This document shows, in pieces, positions 25,150-37,925 of a stretch of DNA of 64,000 nucleotides. The DNA is from Mobula hypostoma (Eukaryota). Where the stretch lies: positions 241,926,001-241,990,000 of the forward strand of contig NC_086097.1 in assembly GCF_963921235.1 (NCBI RefSeq), given 5' to 3'. The notes under the pieces are model-generated. The model was not told where the DNA came from. It worked only from the letters and a program-made list of their open reading frames with translations, and made no database searches. Within the stretch, counting starts at the first letter, position 1. Each line of letters starts with the position of its first letter. Position numbers and translations under genes: made by a program.

Positions 25150-26224
25150 ACTCTCTTCAAAAGCTGACAGCGATGCAGGTGGATGCTTCCCTGGTGTCAT
25201 AGATTCTTGATTACCTGACTGGCAGACTACAATACGTGTGCTTGCAACACTGTGTGTCCGACAGAGTGATCAACAGCACTGGGGCTCCACAGGGGACTGT
25301 CTTGTCTCCCTTTTTCTTCACCATTTACACCTCGGACTTAAACTACTGCACAGAGTCTTGTCATCTTCAAAAGTTTTCTGATGACTCTGCCATAGTTGGA
25401 TGCATCAGCAAGGGAGATGAGGCTGAGTACAGGGCTACGGTAGGAAACTTTGTCACATGGTGTGATCAGAATTATCTGCAGCTTAATGTGAAAAGACTAA
25501 GGAGCTGGTGGTAGACCTGAGGAGAGCTAAGGTACCGGTGACCCCTGTTTCCATCCGGGGGTCAGTGTGGACATGGTGGAGGATTACAAATACCTGGGGA
25601 TGTGAATTGACAATAAACTGGACTGATCAAAGAACACTGAGGCTGTCTACAAGAAGGGTCAGAGCCATCTCTATTTCCTGAGGAGACTGAGGTCCTTTAA
25701 CATCTGCCGGACGATGCTGAGGATGTTCTACGAGTCTGTGGTGGCCAGTGGTATCATGTTTGCGGTTGTGTGCTGGGGCAGCAGGCTGAGGGTAGCAGAC
25801 ACCAACAGAATCAACAAACTCATTCGTAAGGCCAGTGATGTTGTGGGGATGGAACTGGACTCCCTGACGGTGGTGTCTGAAAAGAGGATGCTGTCCAAGT
25901 TGCATGCCATCTTGGACAATATCTCCCATCCACTACATAATGTACTGGTTGGGCACAGGAGTACATTCAGCCAGAGACTCATTCCACCGAGATGCAACAC
26001 AGAGCGTCATAGGAAGTCATTCCTGCCTGTGGCCATCAAACTTTACAACTCCTCCCTTGGAGGGTCAGACACCCTGAGCCAATAGCTGGTCCTGGACTTA
26101 TTTCCTGGCATAATTTACATATTACTATTTAACTATTTATGGTTTTACTACTATTTATTATTTATGGTGCAACTGTAACGAAAACCAATTTCCCCCGGGA
26201 TCAATAAAGTATGACTATGACTAT
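25150..26224 (+). mobile_element. Young Rex1/Babar LINE, 5'-truncated, in UTP23 intron 2
   Basis: STGAPQGTVLSPFFFTIYTSD, QKFSDDSA, MLRMFYESVVAS, KSFLPVAIKLYN; AATAAAG and (TATGAC)n tail. Confidence 0.92.
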
Positions 26225-26396
26225 AATAGTTTCTCAATTTACCTTGGCTCTCGTTACTGTTCTTCAGATTTAATCTCCTTGTTTTAAATTCTGGTAAATT
26301 GCTATCAAATGTAGTGTATTTAAATCACTCTTCCTGATACTTCCTTGATATCACTGCGCCAGTTTCCAACAACTTCTGGTACAAGTATTGTGTCGT

Positions 26397-26553
26397 AAAC
26401 ACAAAATAATCTGCAGATGCTGTGATTAAAGCAACACTTTCAGTACGCTGGATGAACTCAGCAGGTCGGGCAGCATCAATTAGAAACGATGAGTCGACAT
26501 TTTTAACTGATGCTGCCGAACCTGCTGAGTTCATCCAGCGTACTGAAAGTGTT
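26397..26553. mobile_element. Penelope-derived fold-back insertion with 16-bp TSD
   Basis: Inverted arms 26433-26482 / 26504-26553 (47/50 complementary); TSD ACAAGTATTGTGTCRT at 26381-26396 and 26554-26569. Confidence 0.85.
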
Positions 26554-26632
26554 ACAAGTATTGTGTCATTTGATGGATAAGACAAAGATATTCTTATGAT
26601 GATTTAGTGTCATTATTTTAATTCTTTCACAG

Positions 26633-27004
26633 GATCCACAATTAACAATGAAAATTAAGAAGTTGCCAGGAGTCCCTTTGCTGTACATTATACAGAACAC
26701 TATAGTCTTGGAGAAGCCTTCTTCCAGATCGATCGCACAGCTACCTTCACTGCACAATCAGCAGTTTGTCCCCGTACATCAGCAGCAGACTATCCAACAC
26801 TTGAAAGAGCAACAGGGCCTGGTGAGGGAATCTGAACCCCGGCTGAAGAAACGCAAAAGAAAAGGAGGCCCTAATCCACTCAGTTGTCTTAAAAAGAAAG
26901 TGAAACCGCAAGAACAGCCGGCTAATGAGAAAAAGAAAAGGAGATCGAGAAAGAGAAGGAGAACAGCCCAATCAAGCAACAGCGGAGTAGAAACTTCTGT
27001 GTAA
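26633..27004 (+). CDS. UTP23: UTP23 exon 3 (terminal coding exon)
   Basis: ttctttcacAG acceptor; DPQLTMKIKKLPGVPLLYIIQNTIVLEKPS...KGGPNPLSCLKKK conserved motif, basic tail, TAA. Confidence 0.96.
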   Translation, partial: DPQLTMKIKKLPGVPLLYIIQNTIVLEKPSSRSIAQLPSLHNQQFVPVHQQQTIQHLKEQQGLVRESEPRLKKRKRKGGPNPLSCLKKKVKPQEQPANEKKKRRSRKRRRTAQSSNSGVETSV

Positions 27005-28279
27005 CTATAAAGTTTTTATGGACGTTGGTCGTAAAGTTTGTATGGGTGTTAGTCAACGTGTGTTACAGTGTCATTTTTCCATATCATTTTCGGTTTGCAA
27101 CAAATTCAGATCGCAACTTTGCTATAAAACCTAATACAAAAATTTTTTGAATTTTATTTGTAGAAAAATATGTTGGACAAAAATGTTGTTATGTTTGACT
27201 TTGTAATTTCATACGAACCACTGCCTAACTGCTGATGGTCTGCTTATAATAATGGTGCAATTCATTTGCAGCATAGAAAATAATTATTAATACAATGTTA
27301 TAATGTTTTGCCCTAATGTTAAATATTACATTGGATATCTCAGATTTTCTTCAAGTATTAAATGTGAACTCTATCTGGTTTATCATCATGAAGTAACAAC
27401 AAGGTACCTTCTGGGTAGTAAAATTGCTATGGTTGAAAATATAAGATTGCCTCTATTACCATTTAGAATATCTCCTTTACTAAATATCTTTGAAGATATT
27501 TTCATAAATGAACCAACCAGTAGTCATGATCACATAATGGAGACCGCTCCTCCCCTCTAATATGATGAAGGGTCTTGGCCTGAAATGTCGACTGTACTCT
27601 TTTCCATAGATGCTGCCTGCTGAGTTCCTCCAGCATTTTGTGTGTGTGTTGCTCCCCTCTTAATAGTCTTGTTTGATTTTATTGTTGCCGGGTGACCTTC
27701 ACTCCTCACTTCTACAGTCTTCTATGGCTGAATGTTGCATTCCAAAAGACATCGGAGCAAATTAGGCCATTCAGCCCATCGAGTCTGCTCTACAACTCTC
27801 ATAGGGTGATTTTTATTTGTTTAGTGATACAGCATGGGGTAGACATTTTCTGGCCCTTCGTGCCACGCTACAGCAGCACCCCACAACTCCAATTAATTGT
27901 AAACTGATCATGCGACAGTTTACAATGACCAGTTAACCTACCCAGTATGTCTTTGGACTGTGGGAGGAAACGGGAGCACCAGTGGTGGGGGGAAACCATG
28001 CATTCCAGGGGAAGCTTGTGCACACTCTCCTTACAGTACAGCATCAGAATTGAATTCCAAACTCAGGAACACCCCAAGTTGTAATAATACCATACTAACT
28101 GCTACGCTGCTGTGGCGCCCTTTATTCTCCCTCTCAATTCCATTCTCCTGCCTTCACCCTTATCAAGCAGGAATATATCAACCTCTGTTTTAAATGTACC
28201 CAATGACTTAGCCTCCACAACCATCTGTAGCAGTGAATTCACAGTTTCACCACCCTCTGGCTAAAGAAATTCTTCCTCA

Positions 28280-28895
28280 CATTCAATGTTAGAGAAATGT
28301 ATACAATATACATCCTGAAATGCTTTTTCTTCGCAACCATCCATGAAAACAGAGGAGTGCCCCAAAGAATGAATGACAGTAAAATGTTAGAACCCCAAAG
28401 GACCCCCTCGTTCCACGTGTAAGCAGCAGCAAGCAACAATCCTCCCTCCCCCCCACCCCCACCAGCACAAAGGAAGCATTGGCACCCGCCACTGAGCACT
28501 CAAGCGTGAGCAAAGCAACAGCAAAGACAGACTTGCAGTTACGCCAAAGACTTTGCGTTTCACTCGGTATTTGACATACCACAGGCTCTCTCTCTCCCTA
28601 ATAAGGGAGAAAGAGGCGTCTCCATTTTCACAGTGAACGGGGAGACATAACAAACAACTCGTTGGTTTACGATGTTAGAAGTCCACGGTGTTGCTCTTTT
28701 CAAGCTCTGTGCCCAAAGATCTGGAGTCTCTGGGCATACAGCCATTGATATTCCGAATCCCCCGACGACACGTGGGTCTCCTGCCGTGACACCAACCTTC
28801 GATCCACCGGTCTCCAGAGTCCTGAGATCCTAGGCCTCCAAAGCCGAGCCCTTGGCGTGCCAAACAATGGCCAATTAGGAAACCCCAAGAACTGT
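28280..28895 (-). mobile_element. Non-autonomous retroelement inserted in a CR1 3' fragment (about 28120-29100)
   Basis: Interrupts a CR1 UTR/RT-end sequence; has a LINE-like 3' end on the minus strand; family not identified. Confidence 0.5.
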
Positions 28896-29739
28896 AGTCA
28901 TTTCTATTCTAAATGGACATCTCAAATGCAGAGGCTGTGTCCTGTGGTTCTCGTCTCTCCCCACTATAGAAAACATACTCTTCATCTAGGCCTTTCAATA
29001 TTCAAAAGGTTTCAATGAAGTCATCCTTCATTCTTCTAAACTCCAGTAAATACAGGCTTGGAGACAACAAAGGCTTTTCATACATTAACCCTATCATTCC
29101 TTAATTAAAGATATTTATTTTCTTAACCCTGCTACTTTATGGGTATACAATCAATCAATGTATATAAACTATACTATGTATTTATACTTACTGAATGTTT
29201 TTCTAGTATTGTGTTCTTTATCTTTTGTGCCACATGAGATCCGGAGTAGCAATTCTTTCATTCTCATGCTTGTGTACAGCAAATGACATTAAACGATCTC
29301 TCTTCATCCAGTGTTCTGTTGTGTGGAACACCTTGAGTCAGTTCAAACTCTGAACTTCCAGTTGGCTGTCATCTTAACTTACTTCCACTCAGACCCTAAT
29401 CTGCTGTCTCCTCCACTGAATCAGAATCAGGTTTATTATCTCTGATATATGTCAGGAAATGTGTTTTGCAGCACTACAGTGCAATACCTAGAATATACTA
29501 TAAATTATTATAAATGATCACACATTAAAAAAAAAGTAGTGCAAAAAGACAGCAAAAAATAAGTAGTTTGAGAAACATAGAAAACCTACAGCACAATACA
29601 GGCCCTTCTGTCCACAATGCTGTGCCAAACGTACTTACTTTAGAAATTACCTAGGGTTACCCATAGCCCTTTATTTTTCTAAGCTCCATGTATCTATCCA
29701 GGAGTCCCTTAAAAGACCCTATCGTATACACCTCCACCG

Positions 29740-29868
29740 CAGTCTGTATATGGAGTCAGTAGTACAGTCTGTATGTGTGGAGTCAGTGTGTACAATCTGT
29801 ATGTGTGGGGTCTGTGTACAGTCTGTATATGTGGAGTCAGTGTGTACAGTCTGTATGTGTAGGGTCAG
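29740..29868. repeat. 26-28-bp minisatellite, about 5 copies
   Basis: TACAGTCTGTATGTGTGGAGTCAGTGTG-like units. Confidence 0.8.
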
Positions 29869-30522
29869 TTTTCTTGGGTTCATTGTGTATTCAAAAATCT
29901 CATGGCACAGGGGAAGAAGCTGTTCCTAAAAGTGTGTGTCTTAAAGCTCCTCCATCTCCTCTCTGATGGTAGCAATGAGAAGATGGCATCCCTTGGTTAG
30001 TGAGTCATAAAGAAGTACAGCCTTTGGCCCATCTAGTCCTCGCCGAAACCATTTCAACTGCCTACTCCCATCAACCTGCACTGGGACTATAGCTCTCCAT
30101 ATCCCAACTATCCATATACCTATCCAAACTTTGCTTAAACTTTGAAATTGAGCTGGCATGGACCATGCTGACAACTCGTTCCACACTTTCATGACCCTCT
30201 GATTGAAGAAGTTTCCCCTTAAACTTCTCACCTTTCACTCTTAAGCCATTACCTCTGGTTGAAGTCCCACCCTGTTCAATCCTAAACTATTCAATCTTAT
30301 AACTCAGTTCTCTAGACCCCGCAACATCCTTGCCAATTTTCTCTGCACTTTTTCAACCCTGTTTATATCTTTCCTGTAGGTAGGTGACCAAAACTGCACA
30401 CTATACTCCAAATTAATGCCTCACCTATGTCTTATATAATTTCAACATAATTCTTCTGTACTCAATATGTTGATTTATGAAGGCCAATGTGCCAAAAGCT
30501 TTCTTTACAACCCTATCTACCT

Positions 30523-32475
30523 AGACTGCCGGAAGCAGATCGTTGGGTGTCAGTCAGAGGGGGGAAAGCGAAGTTGAGTAGACAGGTAGTGCAGAGCACC
30601 CCTGTAGCCATTCCCCTGAATAATAAGTTTACTGTCCTAGATACGGTTGGCGGGGACGACTGACCAGGTGTGAGCCACGGTGGCAGGGCCTCCGGCACTG
30701 AGTCTGACCCTGTGGTGCAAAAGGGTGGGATGGAGAAGAGGAGAGCTGTCGTCATTGGAGACTCTGTAGTCAGGGGAGCAGACAGGAGATTTTGTGGATG
30801 TGAGAAGGACACCCGCATGGTTTGTTGCCTCCCGGGTGCCAGGATCCGGGATGTCTCTGACTGGGTGCATGACATCCGGGTACAAGAGGGAAAGCAACCA
30901 GAAGTCATGATACATGTTGACACCAACAACATAGGCAGGAAGAGGGATGAGGTCCTGAAGTGTGAGTTTTGGGAACTAGGCAGAAGGCTGAAGAACAGGA
31001 CCTGAAGGATGGCGTTCTCAGGATTGTTACCAGTGCTACGTGACAGTGATGGTAAGAATTGGAGGAGATGGCAGTTGAATGCGTGGCTGGAGTTGGTGCA
31101 GGGGGCAGGGTTTTAGATTTTTGGATCATTGAGATTGCTTCTGGGGAAGGTGGGACCTGTACAGATTGAATGAGTTGCACCTGAACTCGAGGGGGAGCAA
31201 TATCCTTGCAGGTACCTTTGCTAGCATGGTTCGGTAGGGTTTAAACTAATTTGCAAGGGGGATGGGACCCGGAGTGATAGAGCGGTGAAAGAAATGCATG
31301 GAGCAAAGCCAGATCTAACATATAGGGAGGCTTTGAGGAAAGAGAAGCAGAATAAATGGTGTAAAGACAGTAAGGTGAAAGGGCTGAAGTGCCTGTACTT
31401 CAATGCAAGAAGCATCAGGAACAAAGGTGATGAACTGAGAGCTTGGATACACACATGGAATTATGATGTAGTGGCCATTACAGAGACTTGGCTGGCACCA
31501 GGGCAGGAATGGATTCTCAATATTCCTGGATTTCAGTGCTTTAAAAGGGATGGGGGGGGAGCAAATGGGAGGACGGGTGGCGTTACTGGTCAGGGATACT
31601 ATTACAGCTACAGAAAGGGTGGGTAATGTAGCAGGATCCTCCTTTGAGTCAGTATGGGTAGAAGTCAGGAACAGGAAGGGAGCAGTTACTCTATTGGGGG
31701 TATTCTATATGCCCCCTGGTAGCAGCAGAGATATGGAGGAGCAGATTGGGAGGCAGATTTTGGGAAGGTACAAAAATAACAGGGTTGTTATCATGGGTGA
31801 CTTTAACTTCCCTAATATTGATTGGCACCTGATTAGTTCCAAGGGTTTGGACGGGGCAAAGTTTGTAAAGTGTTTCCAGGACAGATTCCTGTCACAGTAT
31901 GTTGACAGGCCAACTAGGGGGAATGCCATACTAGATCTAGTACTAGGTAGTACTAGGTAATGAACCAGGTCAGGTCACAAACTTCACACTCAGGTTGGAG
32001 CCACACTCAGTTTGGAGGAACAACATCTTATATTCCGTCTGGGTAGCCTCCAAACTGATGGCATGAACACTGACTTCTCAAATTTCTGCTAATCCCCCAT
32101 CCGTTATTTATTTATATACACACATTCTTTCTCTCTCTCTCCTTTTTCTCCCTCTGTCCCTCTCACTATACCCCTTTCCCATCCTCTGGGCTTTTCCCCC
32201 CCTCCCCCTTTTCTTTCTCCTTAGGTCTCCTGTCCCATGATCCTCTCATATCCTTTTTGCCAATCAACTGTCCAGCTCTTGGCTCCATCCCTCCCCCTCC
32301 TGTCTTCTCCTATTATTTCGGATCTCCCCCTCCCCCTCCCACTTTCAAATCTCTTACTAGCTCTTCTTTCAGTTAGTCCAGACGAAGGGTTATATGGGAG
32401 GCAAGGTTTGAGGGTCGGCACAACATTGTGGGCCGAAGGGCCTGTACTGTGTTGTACTGTTCTATGTTCTGTGAT
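30523..32475 (+). mobile_element. CR1 with ORF1 esterase and ORF2 endonuclease, RT missing, Penelope fragment at the junction, CR1 tail
   Basis: VIGDSVVRG, CLPGARIRDV, CLYFNARSIRNK..AITETWL, GDFNFPNIDW; TSD CTAT(C/G)TACCT at 30513-30522 and 32476-32485. Confidence 0.85.
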
Positions 32476-33306
32476 CTATGTACCTGTGACTCCACTTTCA
32501 GCAAATTATGTACCTCTATTCCCAAACCCCTTTGTTCTACCACACCCCTCAGTGCCCTACTGTTCACTATGAAAGACCTACCCTGGTTGGTCATACTAAA
32601 GTGAAAAACCTCACACTTGTCTGCATTAAATGCTAGCTGCCATTTTTCACCCCATTTGCAGACTCTTCTGTGAGCCATGATAGCCTTCCTCACTGTCCAC
32701 TACACCCCCCCCCCCCAGTCTTGGTTTCATCTCCAAATTTGCTGATCCAGTTAACCACATTATCATCCAGATCATTGTATAGATGACAAACAAAGGACCC
32801 AGCAGCAACCCCTGCAGCACACCGCTAGTCACAGGCCTCCAGTCAGAGAGGCAAATCTCTACTGCCACTCTTTGTATTCTTCCACAAAGCCAATATCTAA
32901 TCCAATCTACTACTTCATCCTGAATGCCAAGCAGTTGAACCTTCTTGACCAGCTTCTCATGTGGGACCTTGTCAAATGCCTTACCAAAGTCCACTGCCTT
33001 GCCTTCATCCACGTTCCTGGTAACTTCCTCGAAAAGCTCTATAAGATTGATTAGATGGGAGCTACCATGCTGACTATCTTAGGTAAGTTAATTTCCTAAG
33101 GAATTTCAGATAAAGTAGGTCTCTAATAAATTGGACACGGACATTGAAGTGACTAGTGAATACCTTTATTCATAAGTAAGGGAAGAATGACTCCATAACA
33201 GTGCAATCGTTAAGTCTTCTAAAGAACAATAGTCACAGCCTTTTTTATACATACACGTAGAAACATAGTCATAGTCATAGTCATACTTTATTGATCCCGG
33301 GGGAAA

Positions 33307-36300
33307 CATAGGCGGCCTTAGCTATGTTTCACCCGTTTCAACTGAAACGGGCCCCGGCCTCCCAGGGGCCCCCGACTGACATGCAAAAATTTAATGCACA
33401 GCTCCCAGACGCCACAATATTCTCCTGCTGTTGCCAGCCGACCCACCAGTGGGCGCTCGCTGACTGACATCTGAGAAAATACATTAAAATATTTATTTCA
33501 ATTGTAAACCTTGCTCCTAGCAAAGAAGGCTACTTTTCCATGAGAGGAAAATGAAACGCTCCTATCCTAGCGGTGCTGAAAAACGAAAAATATTAGACAA
33601 CAAAACAAAACGTCTTAATAGTCTCCCAAAAGTTACATCTTTCTTTGGTCCAGCATCTGTAAAAGGCCCGCCGACTGCAGTTGCTGCTGCACCATCGTCA
33701 CAGCGTAGGTCTGCAGTGCCGAGTGACAGTGTAAGCGGTACAGGAGGTGTTGATAATCAGAGCAATCAAAATGAGAAGAACAATTCTACTCAAACATGGT
33801 GATAATGATGACCAAACTTTGTTTGATGAACAAGCACCACAGCATGATGACAGTCCTACAACTGAGACAGGTGAGGGAGATGCCGCCACCAGCACACCAG
33901 ACAGAGAGAAAGCCCCACTAACATTCACAGAGACCGATCCGGCACGTTGGCCAAAGCATATTACCAGTGACCAACGGATCGACATTGTTAGGAGAGGTCC
34001 CGTTCAGTTAGAGGACATTAACTTTCCACAGAGCCAATCACGCCGTCGTTTTACCAAGGACAGATATCTTATGAAGATGGAAAAATGGAGAAAGCATTCG
34101 TAGGTCATGGTTAGTGTACTCAGTATCATCTGATTCAATCTTCTGTTTCTGCTGTACCCTATTTGGCAAATGAAATCATAAGTCTCACTTGCGGAGGTTT
34201 CAGAGTGTGGGAGCGACTCACTCTCACACTCCAGGATCGTGAGAACTCAAATGCGCACCGTGCCAACATGATAGCTGGTGCGAGCTGGAAACGCGCTTAA
34301 GAACGCACAGTGCCATTGACAGCACGTACCAAGAAATGCAAATGCTGGAAAAAAGAACACTGGAATGATGTCATGAAGAGGTTCATTGCCATAGTCTGTC
34401 ACCTTGCAGAACGAAACCTTGCTTTCCGTGGCCATAATTCCATCCTACATGAACCAAATAATGGGAACATTCTAGGTCTGCTGGAGCTGCTTGCCGAGTT
34501 CGACCCAGTGATGAGCGAACATGCCAGATGAGCAGAGAAAAGAAGAGATTGCTGACCACTACATGGGGAAAACCATACAAAATGAGTTAATCATACTTAT
34601 TGGAGACAAGGCACTGGAAGCAATAACAGAGAGAGTAAAACAATCACGTTACTAGTCGGTGATAATGGACTGCACCACTGACGCTGCACACATAGAGCAG
34701 CTCTCCGTGACACTGCTCATTGTCACATGCCAAGTAAATGTCGGAGCTACTGTTAGTGAGCATTTTGTCGGTTTCCTACCAGTGCTTGACACAACGGGTG
34801 CAGGCCTAACCGACGTTTTCTTAACGCATATGGAGAAATTAGGATTAGATATCTCAAAATGCAGGGGGCAGGCATATGATAACGGGAGCAATATGCGGGG
34901 GGGGGGAATAGCGGGGTGCAGAAGAGAGTGCCAGATATTAACAAAAAAAGCACTGTTCATGCCATGCGCCAGCCACAGCCTAGACCTAGTCATTGTCGGT
35001 GTCGCAAAATCAACAGTGGAGTCTGAGAGCTTCTTTGGGGTGCTGCAACGTCTATACACACTGTTCAGCTCATCCAGACAGAGATGGGAGCTTTCCAAGG
35101 AGAACGTGCCACAGATGACCCTCAAGGCCATATCCAACACGCGATGGGAGTCCCGCGCGGAAAGTGTGAAAGTGCTGTGCTACCAGCTTCCCGGTGTTGG
35201 CAATGCGCTCCTGTCACTGATTGAACATGCCACACAGAAAGGTGACAGTGAAACCACATCTGCAGCCAGAGGCTGAGAACAGGAGATCATGTCATGGAAA
35301 TTCCTGCTGACTGTTATTATCTGGTACAACGTTTTACATGAGGTAAACCGTGTCAGCAAGCACAAGTGGGAATCGATGTGCTACAGCGCGAGATGGAATA
35401 TGTTCTGAAATTTCTCAAGGAATACAGAGGGAACGGCCTTTCATCCGCCCAAACAGATGCCAGAGACATAGCTGAAGAGATAGGGATGCCAATGGTCTTT
35501 CCTACCGCATGAATCAGAAAACCAAAACGCCAGCTCCAGTGCGAGTCCCAAAGTGCAGATCCTTCCCTGACAGTGGCACCCGAGGAACGGTACAAGAGAG
35601 AAGTTTTCCTTCCACTAGTGGACTCTGCCATCACAGGCATTAGTGAGCGCTTCAAGCTGATGGAATTATTTTACAGTCTGTTTGGCTTCATTTATGGAAG
35701 AGAGGAAATGAAAAAAGCCACCCAAAGCCGCACACTGAAAGACAGCTGTGTAAACACTTGGTGATGTGGATGCTGAGGACCTTTTGCGCAAGGTGTCGGC
35801 TGCTGTCAGTGCCGTGCCTGCAAAAGAAACCACTGACCTGCAGATTCTGAGCTACATTTACAGCAACAATCTGGTTGAACTGTATCCTAACCTCACCATT
35901 GCTCTAAGACTCATGCTGACAGTGCCTGTGACTGTAGCGAGTGGAGAGAGAAGTTTTTCGAGGCTAAAGCTCATCAAAACGCATCTGAGGACAACCATGT
36001 TCCAGGAGCGTCTGTCAGCTCTTGCTCAGATATCAATCGAGCACGAAATAACAAGATCGCTGGACAAAGATGAGCTCATTAAAGCATTCTCAGCACTCAA
36101 GCACAGGAGGGTGGTGAAGTTCTAGTGGTAAGTCTTTTAACACATTTTTAGCAGAAATAAAGTTTATAATTAAAATAATAAAATAAACCACGTATTTCAC
36201 TCAAAATGTGTATAGGCGATTAGGCGGCGTTTCCACAAATCGTAATTTCTCTCTCCCGCTTGCGTCCCCTCTCTCACTCTGCTCTTGTTCGCTTTCCAGG

Positions 36301-36788
36301 CCTTACCTGAGCTGTCCGTGGTGCTGAAAGAGCGCGCGACGCAGTTTGTTGTAAACTTCCAGTAGTTAACTTTCAGACACCGTTCATTGAATAAATAAAG
36401 TCTGAATTTTCATTAAATATGACATTGCTTTTGTTATTAATTTAATTAGACGGAAATTGTTTCAGCTGTTCTTATGTCAGCTGATACCTAACACATAGTG
36501 CCATTCAATACAGACTAGTTGCTGAAAAGGGCGAGGCTTCTCACTCCAAAGCAAAAAATGTCATTGTTTCAGTTTTTAATTAAGAGAATTGTTTAGATTA
36601 TGTTGAGCTATCTGTCCATTGTGCTGAAAGTGCATATAATGCATCAACGTTTAAGTCCGAAATTATATCATTATTGATGCAAACCAGCTTGAAAATTCGC
36701 TTTTTTTCTTAATTTTTTTTTGGGAAGCGGGGGTAGGGCCCCACATTAACTCTTGAAACGGGCCCCCAGATGCTTAAGGCCGCCTATG
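33307..36788 (+). mobile_element. Full-length hAT transposon (Tip100/ZMYM1-like clade), 3.48 kb
   Basis: Perfect 14-bp TIR CATAGGCGGCCTTA; 8-bp TSD CGTAGAAA (33256-33263) / CGCAGAAA (36789-36796); subterminal TGAAACGGGCCCC at both ends. Confidence 0.93.
33551..36125 (+). pseudogene. hAT transposase pseudogene (frameshifts and stops)
   Basis: MKRSYPSGAEKRK; TTF-type Zn finger RSWLVYS..FCFCC; LAERNLAFRGH; DCTTD..HIEQLS; GQAYDNGSNM; PCASHSL; TRWESR; PVTVASGERSFSRLKLIK dimerisation domain. Confidence 0.92.
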
Positions 36789-36854
36789 CGCAGAAAGTCC
36801 ATTACATCAGTTGAAGTTAAAAAAAAGTCAGTCCTGTGTGTCTTATCAATTCCT

Positions 36855-37925
36855 GATGGATTTGTTGCAGCCTTCATCCACCTTCACAGCCGTTGAGTTC
36901 GAAGTAACTTCGTCCGCCCGTTCCACCGTTGAGGTCTTGGTTGGATTGTTCTTTGTCAGGGACCTCACCCTCGACCTTACCACCATGGGTGACCCTACCA
37001 GGAGCATAGCTCCAGACGGCATTGCTCTCGGGATCTCAGGACCACACAAGCTTCTCCACCGCGACAAGGTGACAATCCACGGAGAAGCCACAGAGCGAAG
37101 ACGCCTGTGCGTGTATTTGTTTAACATGTACTTGATGTTGCACTCCAAGAGGCACATGATACTTCACAAATCAACCAACTTATTCCAATGGCATGGAAAC
37201 CACGACGATTGGAGCTGAACAAGAGTCTTTCATGATTGTGACATCCGAACAGACATCAAAATGTTAGTGTACAAAGCAGTGGTAATCCCAACGCTCCTGT
37301 GTGCATCAGAAACCTGGACAACATATCGACGACATCTGAAGGCACTTGAAAAGTTCTATCAACGCTGTCTTCGAAACATCTTAAATATCAGCTGGGAAGA
37401 TAGAAGAACCAACGTCAGCGTACTAAATGAAGCAAAAACAACAAGCATTGAAGCCTACGTCATCAAGAACCAACTAAGATGGAGCGGTCATGTTGTTCGG
37501 ATGAAAGACGAACGTCTGCCGAAACAAATTGTCTACTCCCAGTTTAAACAAGGCAAACGTATAAGAGGCGGACAACAGAAGAGATTCAAAGACGTCTTAA
37601 AAGCCAAAATGAAGAAATGTAACATCGACATCAACAATTGGGAAACCAATGCCAAGGACAGGAAACTCTGGCAAGCCATCATCCGAGAAGAATCAGCAAC
37701 TTTTGAAGCCAACAGATGTGCAGAATTAGAAAAGAGAAGAAAATGGAAAGAGAGGCAGCAACAACCAAAGCCCGATCTGCCATCTGGAACTACCTGTCCT
37801 GAATGCGGAAGAACTTTCAAAGCCAAGATTGGGCTCATAAGCCACTTGAGAGCCCGTAAGTAGATCAACAGAACGAAGACCATCATCCTCGACCGTGAGG
37901 GATAGCCACCAACACGACGACGACG
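36855..37925 (+). mobile_element. RTE LINE insertion with inverted 5' segment
   Basis: 10-bp TSD ATCAATTCCT; intact 200-aa C-terminus (QLRWSGHVVRM..RLPKQI..CPECGRTF..GLISHLR); (ACG)n tail; 36855-37215 is RTE 5'-like sequence on the minus strand. Confidence 0.88.

Larger units (their letters stand above)
16417..27004 (+). other. UTP23: UTP23 gene coding span: join(16417..16604,17554..17728,26633..27004) = 735 nt, 244 aa
   Basis: Three GT-AG exons splice in frame to a full PIN-fold SSU processome protein ending in TAA. Confidence 0.96.

Noticed and set aside
26325..26585. ORF ending KYQEE, reminiscent of eIF3h exon 2 (KHYQEE)
   Set aside because: It lies upstream of EIF3H exon 1, ends in a stop and overlaps a Penelope repeat, so the match is chance.
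27357..27362. ATTAAA as the UTP23 poly(A) signal
   Set aside because: Plausible, but one of several variant hexamers in an AT-rich UTR; cannot be chosen without 3'-end data.
33551..36125. Domesticated ZMYM1-like host gene
   Set aside because: Multiple stops and frameshifts plus intact TIRs and TSD show a dead transposon copy.
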